Source of the DNA: Fonticula alba ATCC 38817 | Lineage: Eukaryota; Protista; Nucleariida | Length of the DNA: 32,414 nucleotides | Strand: one strand, 5' to 3' | NCBI GenBank assembly: GCA_000388065.2 | Contig: KB932231.1 | Shown here: in pieces, positions 1-9,942 of the stretch | How the letters are laid out: each line of letters opens with the position of its first letter | Position numbering within the stretch: position 1 is the stretch's first letter | Notes under the pieces: generated by a model | Database searches by the model: none | What the model was told of the DNA's origin: nothing | Seen by the model: the letters and a program-made list of their open reading frames with translations, nothing else | Made by a program: the position numbers and the translations under genes

Positions 1-105
1 GGGGGAGGGAGGGCGAAAAAGGAGGGAGGGAGGGGGTGGGAGGCGAGGAGGGGAAGAGACAAGGAGGGGAAGAGGCAAGGAGGGGGAGAGGCAAGGAGAG
101 AGAAA

Positions 106-3100
106 TTAAGAGTAGGGAACAATTCCAAACCAGACACGTACATCAGACAGTGCCACGGGAAGCCCCTGGTGCAGAGGATCAGCTGGATGGTTGGTGGGCT
201 GGAGACTGAGCCACCCGGATTCATCCTCTTCCAGGCCCAGCAAGCTGTCGAGGGACTGGCGGGTGCTGGTGGATTGCCCGTCGGCACAGGACGTGTCAGC
301 GACCACCGAGTGGCCCCGTGCCAGGCCACGACTGACCAGGAGATCCCGCGCCGCGGCCAAACCCACGGTCGAGGGCTTGCCAGTGGGGAGCCCGGCCGCC
401 CGAGCCAGCATCGAGGTGACGGCCGAGCGTGCCGCACCAAGTGCCGCGCGTGCCGTGACCAGGCGCCGGGTCAAGGGAGCCCCACCAGGAGCAGCCACCG
501 GTGGGGGGAGACCCACGGTGGGGTCCGGCCGGCCCAGGGATTCGGTTAGCCGATGCAGTCGCCGGACCGGGAAGTGCCGGGCAACAGGATGCCGAGGAAG
601 CTCGACATTGATGGCCCGTGACCCGGGCAGCGGCTTCCCACCGGTCCGGCCCCGGCGCATGTACCAATGTGCCAGGACCCGGTGGAGGGGGGTTCGAGCA
701 CCCAAGCAGGCCGTCGGCCGGCCGAGCCAATCGGGCGCCGAGTAGCCAAGCAGCTGGGTAAACGCCTGGCCAAAAGCCGGGAGCACAGCACGCATGGCCG
801 AGGCGAAGTCAAAACGCAGCAGGGCCCCACGCTCGAGCCACAAAAGGCGGGCTCGGTTCCCCGGGACGCCCCCCGGTCCACCGGGGCCCGTGCCGAGGAC
901 CACGCCCTCCAGCGAGGCGGCAGACCGCCGACGTAGTCGTGTAGGTGTGTGTCGCAGACAGAAGACCTTCTTCTGGACAGCACCCGCCTGCGGGCCATCA
1001 CCCTCGAGGTTGGCACTCTCGGCCGAGGACTCGTTCGTCGAGTCGGACATGACCATGGCAAGCGACCGGTTCACCGCACATTCGACATGCATGACGGCCG
1101 TGCTGCGTACGGGCGCAGGAGGGATGCTTGGTCAGAGCGAGAGCCGCCACATCGCACCAGGCGCCAGGGGGAGAGGGACAGCGCAAGGCCCACGCGTACC
1201 AGGAGGAGGATGTACACTGCAGGGTGGCGCCTCGGGTGGGATCCGACACGCCGCACAGATCGCACACGAGGGCGGCCGCGGTGAAGCGAGCCGGATCGAT
1301 GTCAGCCACACCAACGACAGGCTCCATGCGCCGGACCGATTCCACGCCCACCGGAGGGACCCACATGGCGCAGGAAGCATGGACCCACTCGCCAGCCGGG
1401 GTCTGCTTCATTGGGCAGAAGCCCCCGGCCGGGTGGTGACTGGAGGCCCGGGGAGGCGGACAGAGAATGCACGGCGGCCGGGCCGGGCCAACCGGCGAGA
1501 AGAGCAGCGGTGCGGCCTCGCACGTCTTGCACAGCCACCCGGTCTCCGGGACGGTCTGGACACCGTAGCAGGCCTTTATTCCCCCCCCCCCCCCGCCCCC
1601 CGTTTCCATGCGTTCAGCCAGGCAAAGGAAAGGCGTCAGTTTCGGGACGGACAAAAGGGGAGCACCACAGGCCACGGAGGAGGGACGCCACACGCACCAT
1701 ATGCACCACGGCACCGCAGCTCTCGCACACGACCAGCTCATTCGTGTCATCGAAGGCATCATCCCGGCACGCGTCACAGCGGAGAGCTATGTCACAGAGG
1801 GAGTCAAGCTCGCCATCGGCGGAGCCGCTTTCGGGCGAAGAGCGGGACCCCCGCAAGGCGCGATGGAAGGCAATGTCGTAGTCGGCCTTCCGCGCGTGGA
1901 CATAGTGCGCCGGCAGCAGGCCCAGCGAGTCCGTCTGGGCAAAGGGATCGGGCACGCCGGGCTGGCCGGGTGCCACGGGAAACTGGAAGAAGCCAGTGGT
2001 GTCGGCCAACACCGGCGGCAGGTAGGGCAGGCACATGGACAGGACCAGCTCCTCGTGGGCATTGTAGACACTCTCAAAGGTGAAGAGGACCTGCCCGCAG
2101 TGATGGCACCCGGATGTCGGGAAAGTCAGCCGAAGGTCGATGGCACCCAGAAGCAGTCATCCACGATCAACAGCATGCGAGGAAGGGGGCGAGGGGAGGG
2201 GGGAGAAAGAAAAACCGGTCACACCTTTTCCAGCAGATCCACGGTCATTGGGCGGCCCAGGCCCCCGAGCAGGTGATTGAGGTGGTCCAAGAAGACAAGG
2301 TCCTCCTCATCAGCATCATACATCACCGAATGCGGAGAGAGGAGTGCTGATGCCGGGGGACCCGGCTGTTGGAGGTGTCGAGGCCCCTTCGGCACGGTGA
2401 GCCGCGCCGGATGCAGATCGCCAGATTGCCCGCTGACCCCGAGGCGCAAAAAGGGGGGGGGGGGCGGAGGATGGGTCAGTGGCGGGAGGTGGGGCTGCTT
2501 GCCGCGAAGGGGAAGACGAACCCGCGAAAGATGCACATCTCCAGATGGGACATGGCCCAGCTCATGAGCGGGCTGTTGAGCGACGCTTCGGTGCCACCGG
2601 GCAGCTCAACAGGACGCAATGGCCGATTGGCCTGATCGTCGGGACTGTCGACTAGTGAACATACGCGCCGGGGGGGGGGGGGGGGGGGCAAAATTTGGGG
2701 GCCATATGATGTCAATGTCGGGATCAAATCCACTGGGGGCGGCTATGGCCGAGAGGAGCGGGAGCGCGTGCGCACACACGCGCGCGAGGGGAGGGAGAGC
2801 GAAGAGGAAAGCGGCCTCAGAGAAGGGGTCGACCTACCGCGGGAGAGCACCATATGTCGAGGGCGCTTTGATCCTGATCGTGAGGAGGGCGAATCCATCG
2901 GATGCCGGAGATCCTTGCCATATGCGCAGTCCTCGCTGTCCCCACCAGGCCAAGAGAGAGAACAACCACTGGCAGACTCCTCGGCGCGCAGGCGGGTTTC
3001 CTTGAGGGGGGGAGAGGGGTGCCGGTGGCGTTGGCGAGGGTGGTACTCTTCCACCGGCGGGCTGGTGCCCCGCCACAAGGGAAGGGGTGACATCCCTTCC

Positions 3101-3255
3101 AGGTAGCTGGTCGGGTCATCCATCGAGTAGAGCCGCGACAGACGGTCGGACGCCTGGCGGCTGGCCGCGCGTGAGGATTTCCGTTCCACCAAGAGCGGCG
3201 GAGGGTCAGCCGACGGTCGCCGGGTGGCTGAGCCTGCTGCAGCGTGGTCGTCCAT
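106..3255 (-). CDS. Nto1/BRPF/JADE-family histone acetyltransferase complex scaffold (EPL1 domain + PHD + extended PHD/zf-HC5HC2H)
   Basis: Manual model: complement(join(106..1102,1200..1573,1698..2090,2225..2432,2537..2651,2838..3255)), all GT-AG and phase-consistent, 834 aa. EPL1-like YDADEEDLVFLDHLN...LLEK|VLFTFES; PHD CDAC...NELVVCESCGAVVHM|ACYGV...GWLCKTC; ePHD CILCP...MKQT...WVHASCAMWVP...MEPV...CDLC...GATLQCTSSS|C...HVECA...FCLRHTP; later HWYMRR...GGKPL resembles the YWxLKR...GxPL motif. The first two junctions are less certain, and the last exon may splice out at 142 (see findings). Confidence 0.88.
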
Positions 3256-3531
3256 TGGGCGGTTTTCTTTTTCCGCCCCCCCTCCTACAAGTGCGGAGGA
3301 CAGGCGAGCGGGCCAAATGCACAGGGACCGAGGGGCAACAGCGGCTGGATCGGGGGCGGGGGGCGAGACAGGGAGAGAGGGAGAGAGGGAGAGAGGGAGA
3401 GAGGGGGAGGGGGGATGGAGACTGGATCCATTGCGGCGATGTCACCCCCCACCGTGCGGGCTCTCATGCTCGGTGGGCTTTCGTCCACCCACCGGCGAGA
3501 TCTCAACGCGCAGGGCGCCCGCGCCCCTCTC

Positions 3532-3553
3532 CGCGCGCGCGCGCGCGCGCGCG
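3532..3553. repeat. (CG)11 alternating dinucleotide tract in the divergent intergenic region
   Basis: cgcgcg... read directly at 3532-3553. Confidence 0.95.
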
Positions 3554-3969
3554 TCCTTCTCCCCTCTCGGCCTCGGGGCGGGGCGCTCCTTTCGTTACGC
3601 AGGGGGCCTGATTTCTTCAACGGGGGACAGTGGGGGCCACCGGCGCCAATCCGTTGGGACTTGGTGGATGGTGATCGGGATTGCTGTTTCGACCGCTGCT
3701 CTATTCACGGCGACCGGGGCGCCGGGGCTTCATGTTGTGTGGGGGCGGCCCCGGGTCTCCTCCGGGGCGGGGGCTTGCGGCAAACTCGCCACACTCGTCT
3801 CCCCTAGCCGCCACCGCCTGTCCCTTCCGCCGCCGCCGCCGCCGCCGCCGCCATTGTCTCGACCACTGCCCCTTCCTTTTCTCGCTCCTCTCTCTCTCTC
3901 CCCCCCGCCTTGCCTTGCCTTGCCTTGCCCCGCGCCTGGATCCATGCGTCGGTTCTCTTACTCCGGGAA

Positions 3970-5549
3970 ATGAACCTGCTTCCCAAGAAGAGGTGCGTGT
4001 GCCCGGGGCTGCGGTCGCCCTCGGGGCTGTTGCTCTTCATTCCGCCACTGACCCCCCCCCCCCCCCCTTCTTTCTGTCATGTAGCTGGCACATCCGGCGG
4101 TCTGACAACCTCGCGCGCATTGAGCGCGATGAGGCCGCCGCCGAGGCCGAGCAGACCGAACACACCCGTCGCCAGGTGGCCGCCGAGCGAACCGATCGCT
4201 TTGCGGCTCTGCGCGCCCGTGCCGGCCTACCACCGGCTCCGGAATTGGTGACGGAGTTGCCTCCCGAAGAGCAGGGCCGCCCAGTTGCGGCTGCAGGGGC
4301 TCCCACCCTTGCCAGCCGCGGTCCCGCCGCCACTCATGCGGCAGCCGAGGCTCCCCAAGTGGCACCTGCCACCACCACCACCACCACTACCACCACATCC
4401 CGGACCATGGCGGATTTGGAAGATTTCGCCGCCTCAATCGTACGACTTCCCCGTTGCTGCCTCCAACCGCCCGAGCCCAAAGATGGGTCACTTACCTGAT
4501 TTCGACGTCACAGCTTGGCCCGAATCGACCCTTGCCGGCGGCCACCGATCGTCGGCCCCCTGGCCAAATGGATGATCTTGAGGACGTGCGGACTCGCAAA
4601 CAGCAGGAGCAGCGAAATCGATCGCAAGCTGACTTCGCAGCGGACCCCTCCTTCCGTCCGGATTTTGGTCCGTCTTCTGTGCACTTGTGTGCCGACGCAA
4701 CCGCCAGCCCATGCCATATCTCGGGTCTGACCCCCCCCCCCCCCCCCCGCCCCCATCCCCACCTCCACCCCTCCGGTGCCCCCTCATCCCATGACCCATG
4801 TCTCGACGACAGCCCGCCAGGCGCTTCCCTGGTATGCCGGCGGCCAGCACGGACCCTTTTCGCAGTCCGAGCACAATCTCAAACGGATATCCGAGTGCGT
4901 CCCTCTGCGCCCCCCTGTCCTTTGGCATCCTGAACATGGATTTGTCGGCTCAGCATGGATGACCTAACTTTCGATCGATTGCCGCCTTCGGCCCCCCCCC
5001 TCCCCCCCCTGCGCCGGAGCCAGGCGAAACAGCCGTTCCGATCCGAATGCTGCTTTGGACAATATCTTCGAAGCTGTGGCGCATCAGCGCCTACAGGCGT
5101 CCTCAAGCCAGCTGCTCCTGGCGCCTGCTCCCGGGAGTGACATCGCACTGCCGCAGGACTCGGGCGCCGCCCGACCGCCCGAGGCCCCCACCGCCGGTCG
5201 ACGGGAGACCACCCGAGAGAAGATGGCTCGCTTGCGGGCGGAGCGCTTGATGCGCGAGCGCGAGGAGCGGGCCCTCTACTCCCCGACGCCTGGGCGCTAT
5301 GAGTCGCCACGCGCCACGAATGATCGCTTTTTCATGGCCGTTCCCCTGCCATCGGCACAAGCGCCAGCAGACATGGAGGAGCCGAGGGCCGCTCACCGGA
5401 CGCGGCACCGCCGCCACGGGGGTTCCCATTCGGGCCGTCGCTCGCGTTCACGCTCACGCTCACGCTCGCCGCCCAGCCGGAGGAGACGCCACCGCTCGCC
5501 ATCCCCAAGGAGGAGCCGAGATCAAGATCACCACCGGAGGCGCGCCTGA
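3970..5549 (+). CDS. LENG1: LENG1-like protein (Cir_N domain) with RS-rich C-terminus
   Basis: join(3970..3992,4085..4439,4514..4667,4813..4894,5024..5549) = 1140 nt, 379 aa, GT-AG, phase-consistent. The spliced N-terminus [24 protein letters not shown] matches LENG1 [24 protein letters not shown]. It also has a PWY motif and an LRAERLMRE segment like LENG1 LRAERLRRE. Confidence 0.9.
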
Positions 5550-5680
5550 CTGGCGAAATGGACAGTCCCGGATCTCTGTCTTTTCCTTTTGTTTGTATGT
5601 ATTGCATGCCCTGCTCGGGAGAGGACCAGGACAGGAGGACGCTTTCTCTCTCTCTCTCTCTCTCCCAACAGCACAGGCCT

Positions 5681-6788
5681 TCAATGCGGCAGGTGGATGT
5701 CTCGCAGGGAGGTCGACAGAAGTTCTCCGAGCGCAGTGGCCTATTGGGTCGCGAGCAAGCGCGTGTGTTGGGGAGGGAGGAGAAGGAGGGAGGAGGAGAG
5801 GGAGGAGGAGAGGGAGGAGGGGAGGGAGGAGAGGGGGGCGGGGAGCGGGGACACATTTCAAGAGGCAGGGACGGCAGGAAGGGAAGCGGACCTTCGTGCG
5901 GAGTGGCCCCAGAGCCACGGAAGCTGACACAGGCTGCGAGTGGAGAACCACCAGGAAGCGGGCAGCTCGTGCCACGGCGAAGGCAGCCTGCAGGATGGAG
6001 TTGCCATGTCGGTCAGTATGCCTAAATACATCTGCCCACCCTCCCCGCCCCCTCCCTGGCTTCCCCCCTGCCACCCCATCTGCCTGTGTGTGGGGATGTG
6101 CATGCGCAGGCTTTGTTGGCAGGCGGGGCCTCGGACACCCGCGAGGTGTCCGACAGAAAAAAACGGGGGCGACGCACATTTTCCCACATGATGACCAACG
6201 TGGAGAGCTGCTCCTCGCCGGCGGCCCCGGCGTGCTGCGGAACCAAGGCCCCCGGAATCGAGGGAGCCGAGGTGATGTTGAAGGCGGCATGCGCAGCGCG
6301 GGTGTGCTGTGCCCAGGCGGCGGCAGCGGCCACGGCAATGTCGCGGCTCTGCCGGGACAGGGGCCCGGCCGAGTCGAAATGCGAGTCTGCCTCATCGAGT
6401 GGGACAGTTCCCGGACCATTGGCGGGGGCTTGGGCGATCTCGGCGCGGATCATTGCCCCGGCGGCTTCGGCGTCGGTAATGTCACCCGCAGTGACGCCCG
6501 GAGCGGCACCCGGCGGCACGGAGGAGCCGGCCCCGGCAGCCGTGCCGGCAGTCTTGGCACGGACTGAGGAGTAAGAAATAACTGCGCCATCGGTGGTGAT
6601 CAGCCTGGCAGCAGGGTAGAGCAGGGCGGGAGATGGGAGGTCATTATACATGTCCATCTTCACATCTTCATATTTCCCATATCTGTGTGTGTGTGTGTGT
6701 GTGTGCGCTGGCCAACGCACATGGTGCTGATGACCGAATCCGAGTTGGCCTGGGCAAGGAGCGGAGGAAAGGCCTTGATGCGGAGCAT
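5681..6788 (-). CDS. LAMTOR2: Ragulator complex subunit LAMTOR2 (Roadblock/LC7 fold) with insertions
   Basis: complement(join(5681..5740,5892..5987,6178..6604,6721..6788)) = 651 nt, 216 aa. MLRIKAFPPLLAQANSDSVIST|MLITTDGAVISYS matches human [35 protein letters not shown]. The C-terminus AVARAARFLVVL...VALGPLRTK|ATALGELL matches AITRVANLLLCMY...VGFGMLKAKAQALVQYL. A CTGAC branch site precedes the 5987 acceptor. Confidence 0.9.
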
Positions 6789-7276
6789 CGCACAAATGGA
6801 AGAGAGCCTGGTTCGGTGGAGAGCCTGGTTCGGAGGCGGGCCTGCTTCGAAGGGGGCAAAGGAGAGGAGGGAGGAGGGGGATTGAAAGGAGGCAGGCGAG
6901 GCAGGCGAGGCAGACGAGGTGGAGGAGGGGTGTCCCATGTATTCCCCTCCCAAGCCAGGGAGGGATGGCGCTGACAGCAGTGCCTCATGTTTGTCCCCTG
7001 CGAGTGTGCTCCGTCTCCGTGTCCCGGCGCCCTTCCTGGATGTTGTTGGCCCCCGATGGAGATGGTCAAACAATTATGCAGTCGCGTGATACCAAATCGA
7101 TCACACCGCCGGATCAGCCGCGACTTGCGCCCGGGGGCGCCACCCGTCCCGGTGGCACTTCCCGAAGGCATGCCCTCCAACCGGCTATCTCCCACCTCGA
7201 CACACGGGCATGTTCACGCACGCTTCGGGCCGACTGCCGTGGTCCACTTTGGTGTATGGCTTCTGGCCCACGTCCC

Positions 7277-7278
<2 letters not shown>

Positions 7279-7314
<36 letters not shown>
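7279..7314 (+). repeat. G36 homopolymer in the LAMTOR2/RAD51C divergent intergenic region
   Basis: 36 consecutive G read directly. Confidence 0.95.
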
Positions 7315-7362
7315 CTGGGGGGAATGGCCCAGATCGCTCGATCTCGGGCGGCCCAAGACATC

Positions 7363-7370
7363 TATAAAAG
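7363..7370 (+). promoter_or_regulatory. Candidate TATA box for RAD51C
   Basis: TATAAAAG fits TATAWAWR in very GC-rich DNA. It lies ~190 nt upstream of the RAD51C ATG and just before the C/T-rich leader. Not experimentally supported. Confidence 0.45.
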
Positions 7371-7559
7371 TAGATCGATCTTCGAACCCATCCCTCAGCG
7401 GAAGGGCAACCTGTCCTTGTGTGCCTTCCCCTGCTTCTCTTTGCCCCCCCCCCCTCCCAGCCCCCCCTCCCTCTGTTTGGTCGTCCTTCCTTTCCTTCGC
7501 GGCGCCTTCACCCCCCCCCTCCCGCTTCTCGGCTTTGATTTCTTCCACACCCCTGCCAA

Positions 7560-9850
7560 ATGAGCGCGCAAGATGAGGATCTGGCCTTCCGCCATGCGAT
7601 CCCGCTGGTGACGCGGCAACTCTTGGGCCGAACGTCCCTGTTCAATCGCCTCCCCGAGTCGGGAGCCGTGCCTCGAGCGCCCGGAGACGCCACCGGGCCC
7701 GGGCCCGAGGATGTGGCCCATTGGTTGGCCAGCTGGACTGGCGGCTATGGACCTCTTGGTCAACGTGCGACTTGCGGGTGCCCGCCCCCCCCCCCCCTCT
7801 TTCTCTCTCCCTCGGCTCCAAGCCCCTCTTTCCCCCTCCTTCCCCCCCCTTTCCTTCTTCCCTTCCTGATTTTCGTGCCCCCCTCTCGTCGTAGGGCTTG
7901 GATGCCACCCGCGTGTGGCCATGTCGGCCTGCCGCGCAGCCAAGGCCTACCTGGCCGGAATGCGCCCCATCCCGAGCGCCGAGGCGCCGGCACCGGATGC
8001 CAGCCGTCTGGAGGAGCCCCCCGCCTCGCAGGGCACCCAGGAGGCAATGTGCCAAGACTCGCCCAGCCCCCCTCGGCCGGGATCCCTGGCTGGGGGCGTC
8101 CGCCTGTCGGACCTGCTGTCGCGGTCGATCAGCCAGCCGCGCATTTCGCTGCTCTGTCGGGCGCTGAACCAAAATCTCAGCTGCTCGATTGCCGATCTGT
8201 CGGCCCTCGAATATCTGGCTTCAGGACGAGACACCGGGGCCGCGTTGGCGTCCGGCCGTGCGGCGGCCACCCACCTGTCGGCCCTCTTCGCCGGGGGGCT
8301 GGATTTGGGCCGTGTGGTCGAACTCGCCGGGGCCCCGGGCCTGGGGAAGACCCAAATCGCCATCCAGGCATGCACCATGTGCACTCTGCCGGCCGACGCC
8401 GGGGGCGTCGGTCGACCGGCCCTGTACATCGACACCGAGGGGAGCTTCTTGCCATCACGCGTTCGTGAAATTGCCACTGGCGTGCTTGCCGATCTTGCGG
8501 TCATCCGGCCGGCCGCGGCACGCGGTGCGTATATCGCCATGCGCAGGTCCCTTCGCGCCTCCTCCATTCTGATCCACCGTCTCTTTGTGTGCCTCCCCCT
8601 TCGGCCCTTCCCCTGCCTGGGGTGGCTTTGGCCTCTTTCAGATCTTTCCGTGGATGCCATCCTCGATAGCATTTTCCATGTCCGGGTGCACGATGTGACC
8701 GAGCTGATGGCCGTGTGCACCATCCTCCCGGACTTGGTGGCCGAGAAGTCGGTATGCGCCCCCCCCCCCTCCCCCCATGCACTGTCGGGCTTTGTTCAAG
8801 CTTCCCTCCCCCCATGCACTGTCGGGCTTTGTTCAAGCTCCCCCCCTCCCCCCCCCATGCACTGTCGGGCTTTGTTCAAGCTCCCCCCCTCCCCCCCCCA
8901 TGCATGGTGCTGACCCTGCCCCAACAAAGATTGGCCTCGTGGTGATCGACAGTCTGGCCTTCCCCCTGCGTCATGGGGAAGGGGCACGCGTCCGCTCCCT
9001 CGCGCTGTCTTCCATAGCTGGGAGTTGTTCGGATGCCGCGCTTCGTGGGAATTGCGCCGTGCGTTTTCCGTCGCGCCCTCCCTCGGCTCTCCGCCCTGTC
9101 CTCCACCGAGGCCTGTGCTCGCCACCTTTGACTTTGCATCGGCCTGACATCTTCCCTGTCCTGGTGGCAGGTCCTGCTCTTGAACCAAATGACCACGCGC
9201 TTTGAGGGGCGCTCCGCTGGCACTGGCTCGCTGGCAAACCTGCCAAGCACGACCACCGATTCGGGGGTGACACTTGTCCCGGCTCTCGGCGAGAGCTGGG
9301 GGCATGTGTGCACTTCACGCACGGTCCTCACCTGGGACCGCTTCTCCAATCAACGGTGCGATCACCTTCGTCTTGGCTGCTCTCCGGGCCTGTGCCGCTT
9401 CTCGCCTTGTCTTTCGTGTTTCTGCCATACTGACATGCTGGCCGCCGTGCGGGACCGGCACCTGTCTTCAGGATTGCTTATCAGTTTAAGTGCCCTGTCC
9501 GCGGGCCCAGTCGGGTCCCGTACTCGGTGGAGGTGCGTCTCTCTCTCTCTCTCTCTCTCTCTGCGCTTGTCGTTCGAGCAGCTGGGGCTGGCCTTCTCTT
9601 TTATTTTTCCCTCTCGGCCCATTGTCCCTGACACAGAAGCATGTGCTGCTTTTTGGGGGGCTCGGGCCTCGCCTTTGCTCGCTTCCCTTCCCCTTCATCG
9701 TCACAGCAAGGGGGTGTCCGGGATCCCGGCTTCCGGATGCTCCTGGCTCGGACATTCCCCTCCCCTTCTCCGACTGTGGGCGACGAGTTGAGCCGGTCTC
9801 CTCCCGCCCCAGAGCAACAGCCCCCTCTGAAGCGGCCAAAGCTCCAGTAG
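7560..9850 (+). CDS. RAD51C: DNA repair protein RAD51 paralog C
   Basis: join(7560..7764,7895..8524,8642..8751,8930..9058,9171..9355,9472..9532,9707..9850) = 1464 nt, 487 aa. Walker A ELAGAPGLGKT, ALYIDTEGSF, Walker B LVVIDSLAFPLR, LLNQMTTR, the RAD51C-type LVPALGESWGH, and QGGVRD near the end. The 7560 start is inferred from phase consistency and the pyrimidine-rich leader. Confidence 0.93.
8776..8904 (+). repeat. Intronic minisatellite: 3 copies of CATGCACTGTCGGGCTTTGTTCAAGCT plus a partial copy, with variable C-run spacers
   Basis: Identical 27-nt cores at 8776, 8813 and 8856 and a partial CATGCA at 8899. Periods are 37, 43 and 43. It lies inside RAD51C intron 8752..8929. Confidence 0.95.
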
Positions 9851-9906
9851 GAAATAGAGATCCGACATGTGCATGGGTATCTTCCGATCTCGACATGGCA
9901 CCAGAC

Positions 9907-9942
9907 TGTGTGTGTGTGTGTGTGTGTGCGTGCGTGTGTGCG
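9907..9942. repeat. (TG)n / (TGCG)n microsatellite downstream of RAD51C
   Basis: Read directly. Confidence 0.9.

Noticed and set aside
685-705. GGTTCGA (tRNA T-loop/B-box-like) matches here and near 12208
   Set aside because: They lie inside coding exons, and no cloverleaf or A-box could be built around them.
169-2276. Long plus-strand ORFs (e.g. 794..2083, 1608..2276), and similar ones opposite WDR7 (26191..27936, 27446..29065) and PI31
   Set aside because: They are antisense shadows of GC-rich coding exons, with Arg/Gly/Pro-rich translations and no recognisable motifs.
6131-6153. Perfect 9-bp hairpin TCGGACACC-cgcga-GGTGTCCGA in LAMTOR2 intron 2
   Set aside because: A stem of this length is expected by chance in 32 kb of GC-rich DNA, and it has no terminator or RNA-family context.
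6605-6682. Alternative in-frame acceptor at 6683 adding YGKYEDVKMDMYNDLPSPALLYPAAR to LAMTOR2
   Set aside because: The 6605 acceptor restores the exact spacing of the conserved STLLLNNEG segment. The extra peptide would interrupt a core strand.
7395-7595. Minus-strand MAEGQILILRAHLAG as a start for the left-hand gene
   Set aside because: It overlaps RAD51C exon 1 on the opposite strand, and LAMTOR2 homology places the start at 6788.
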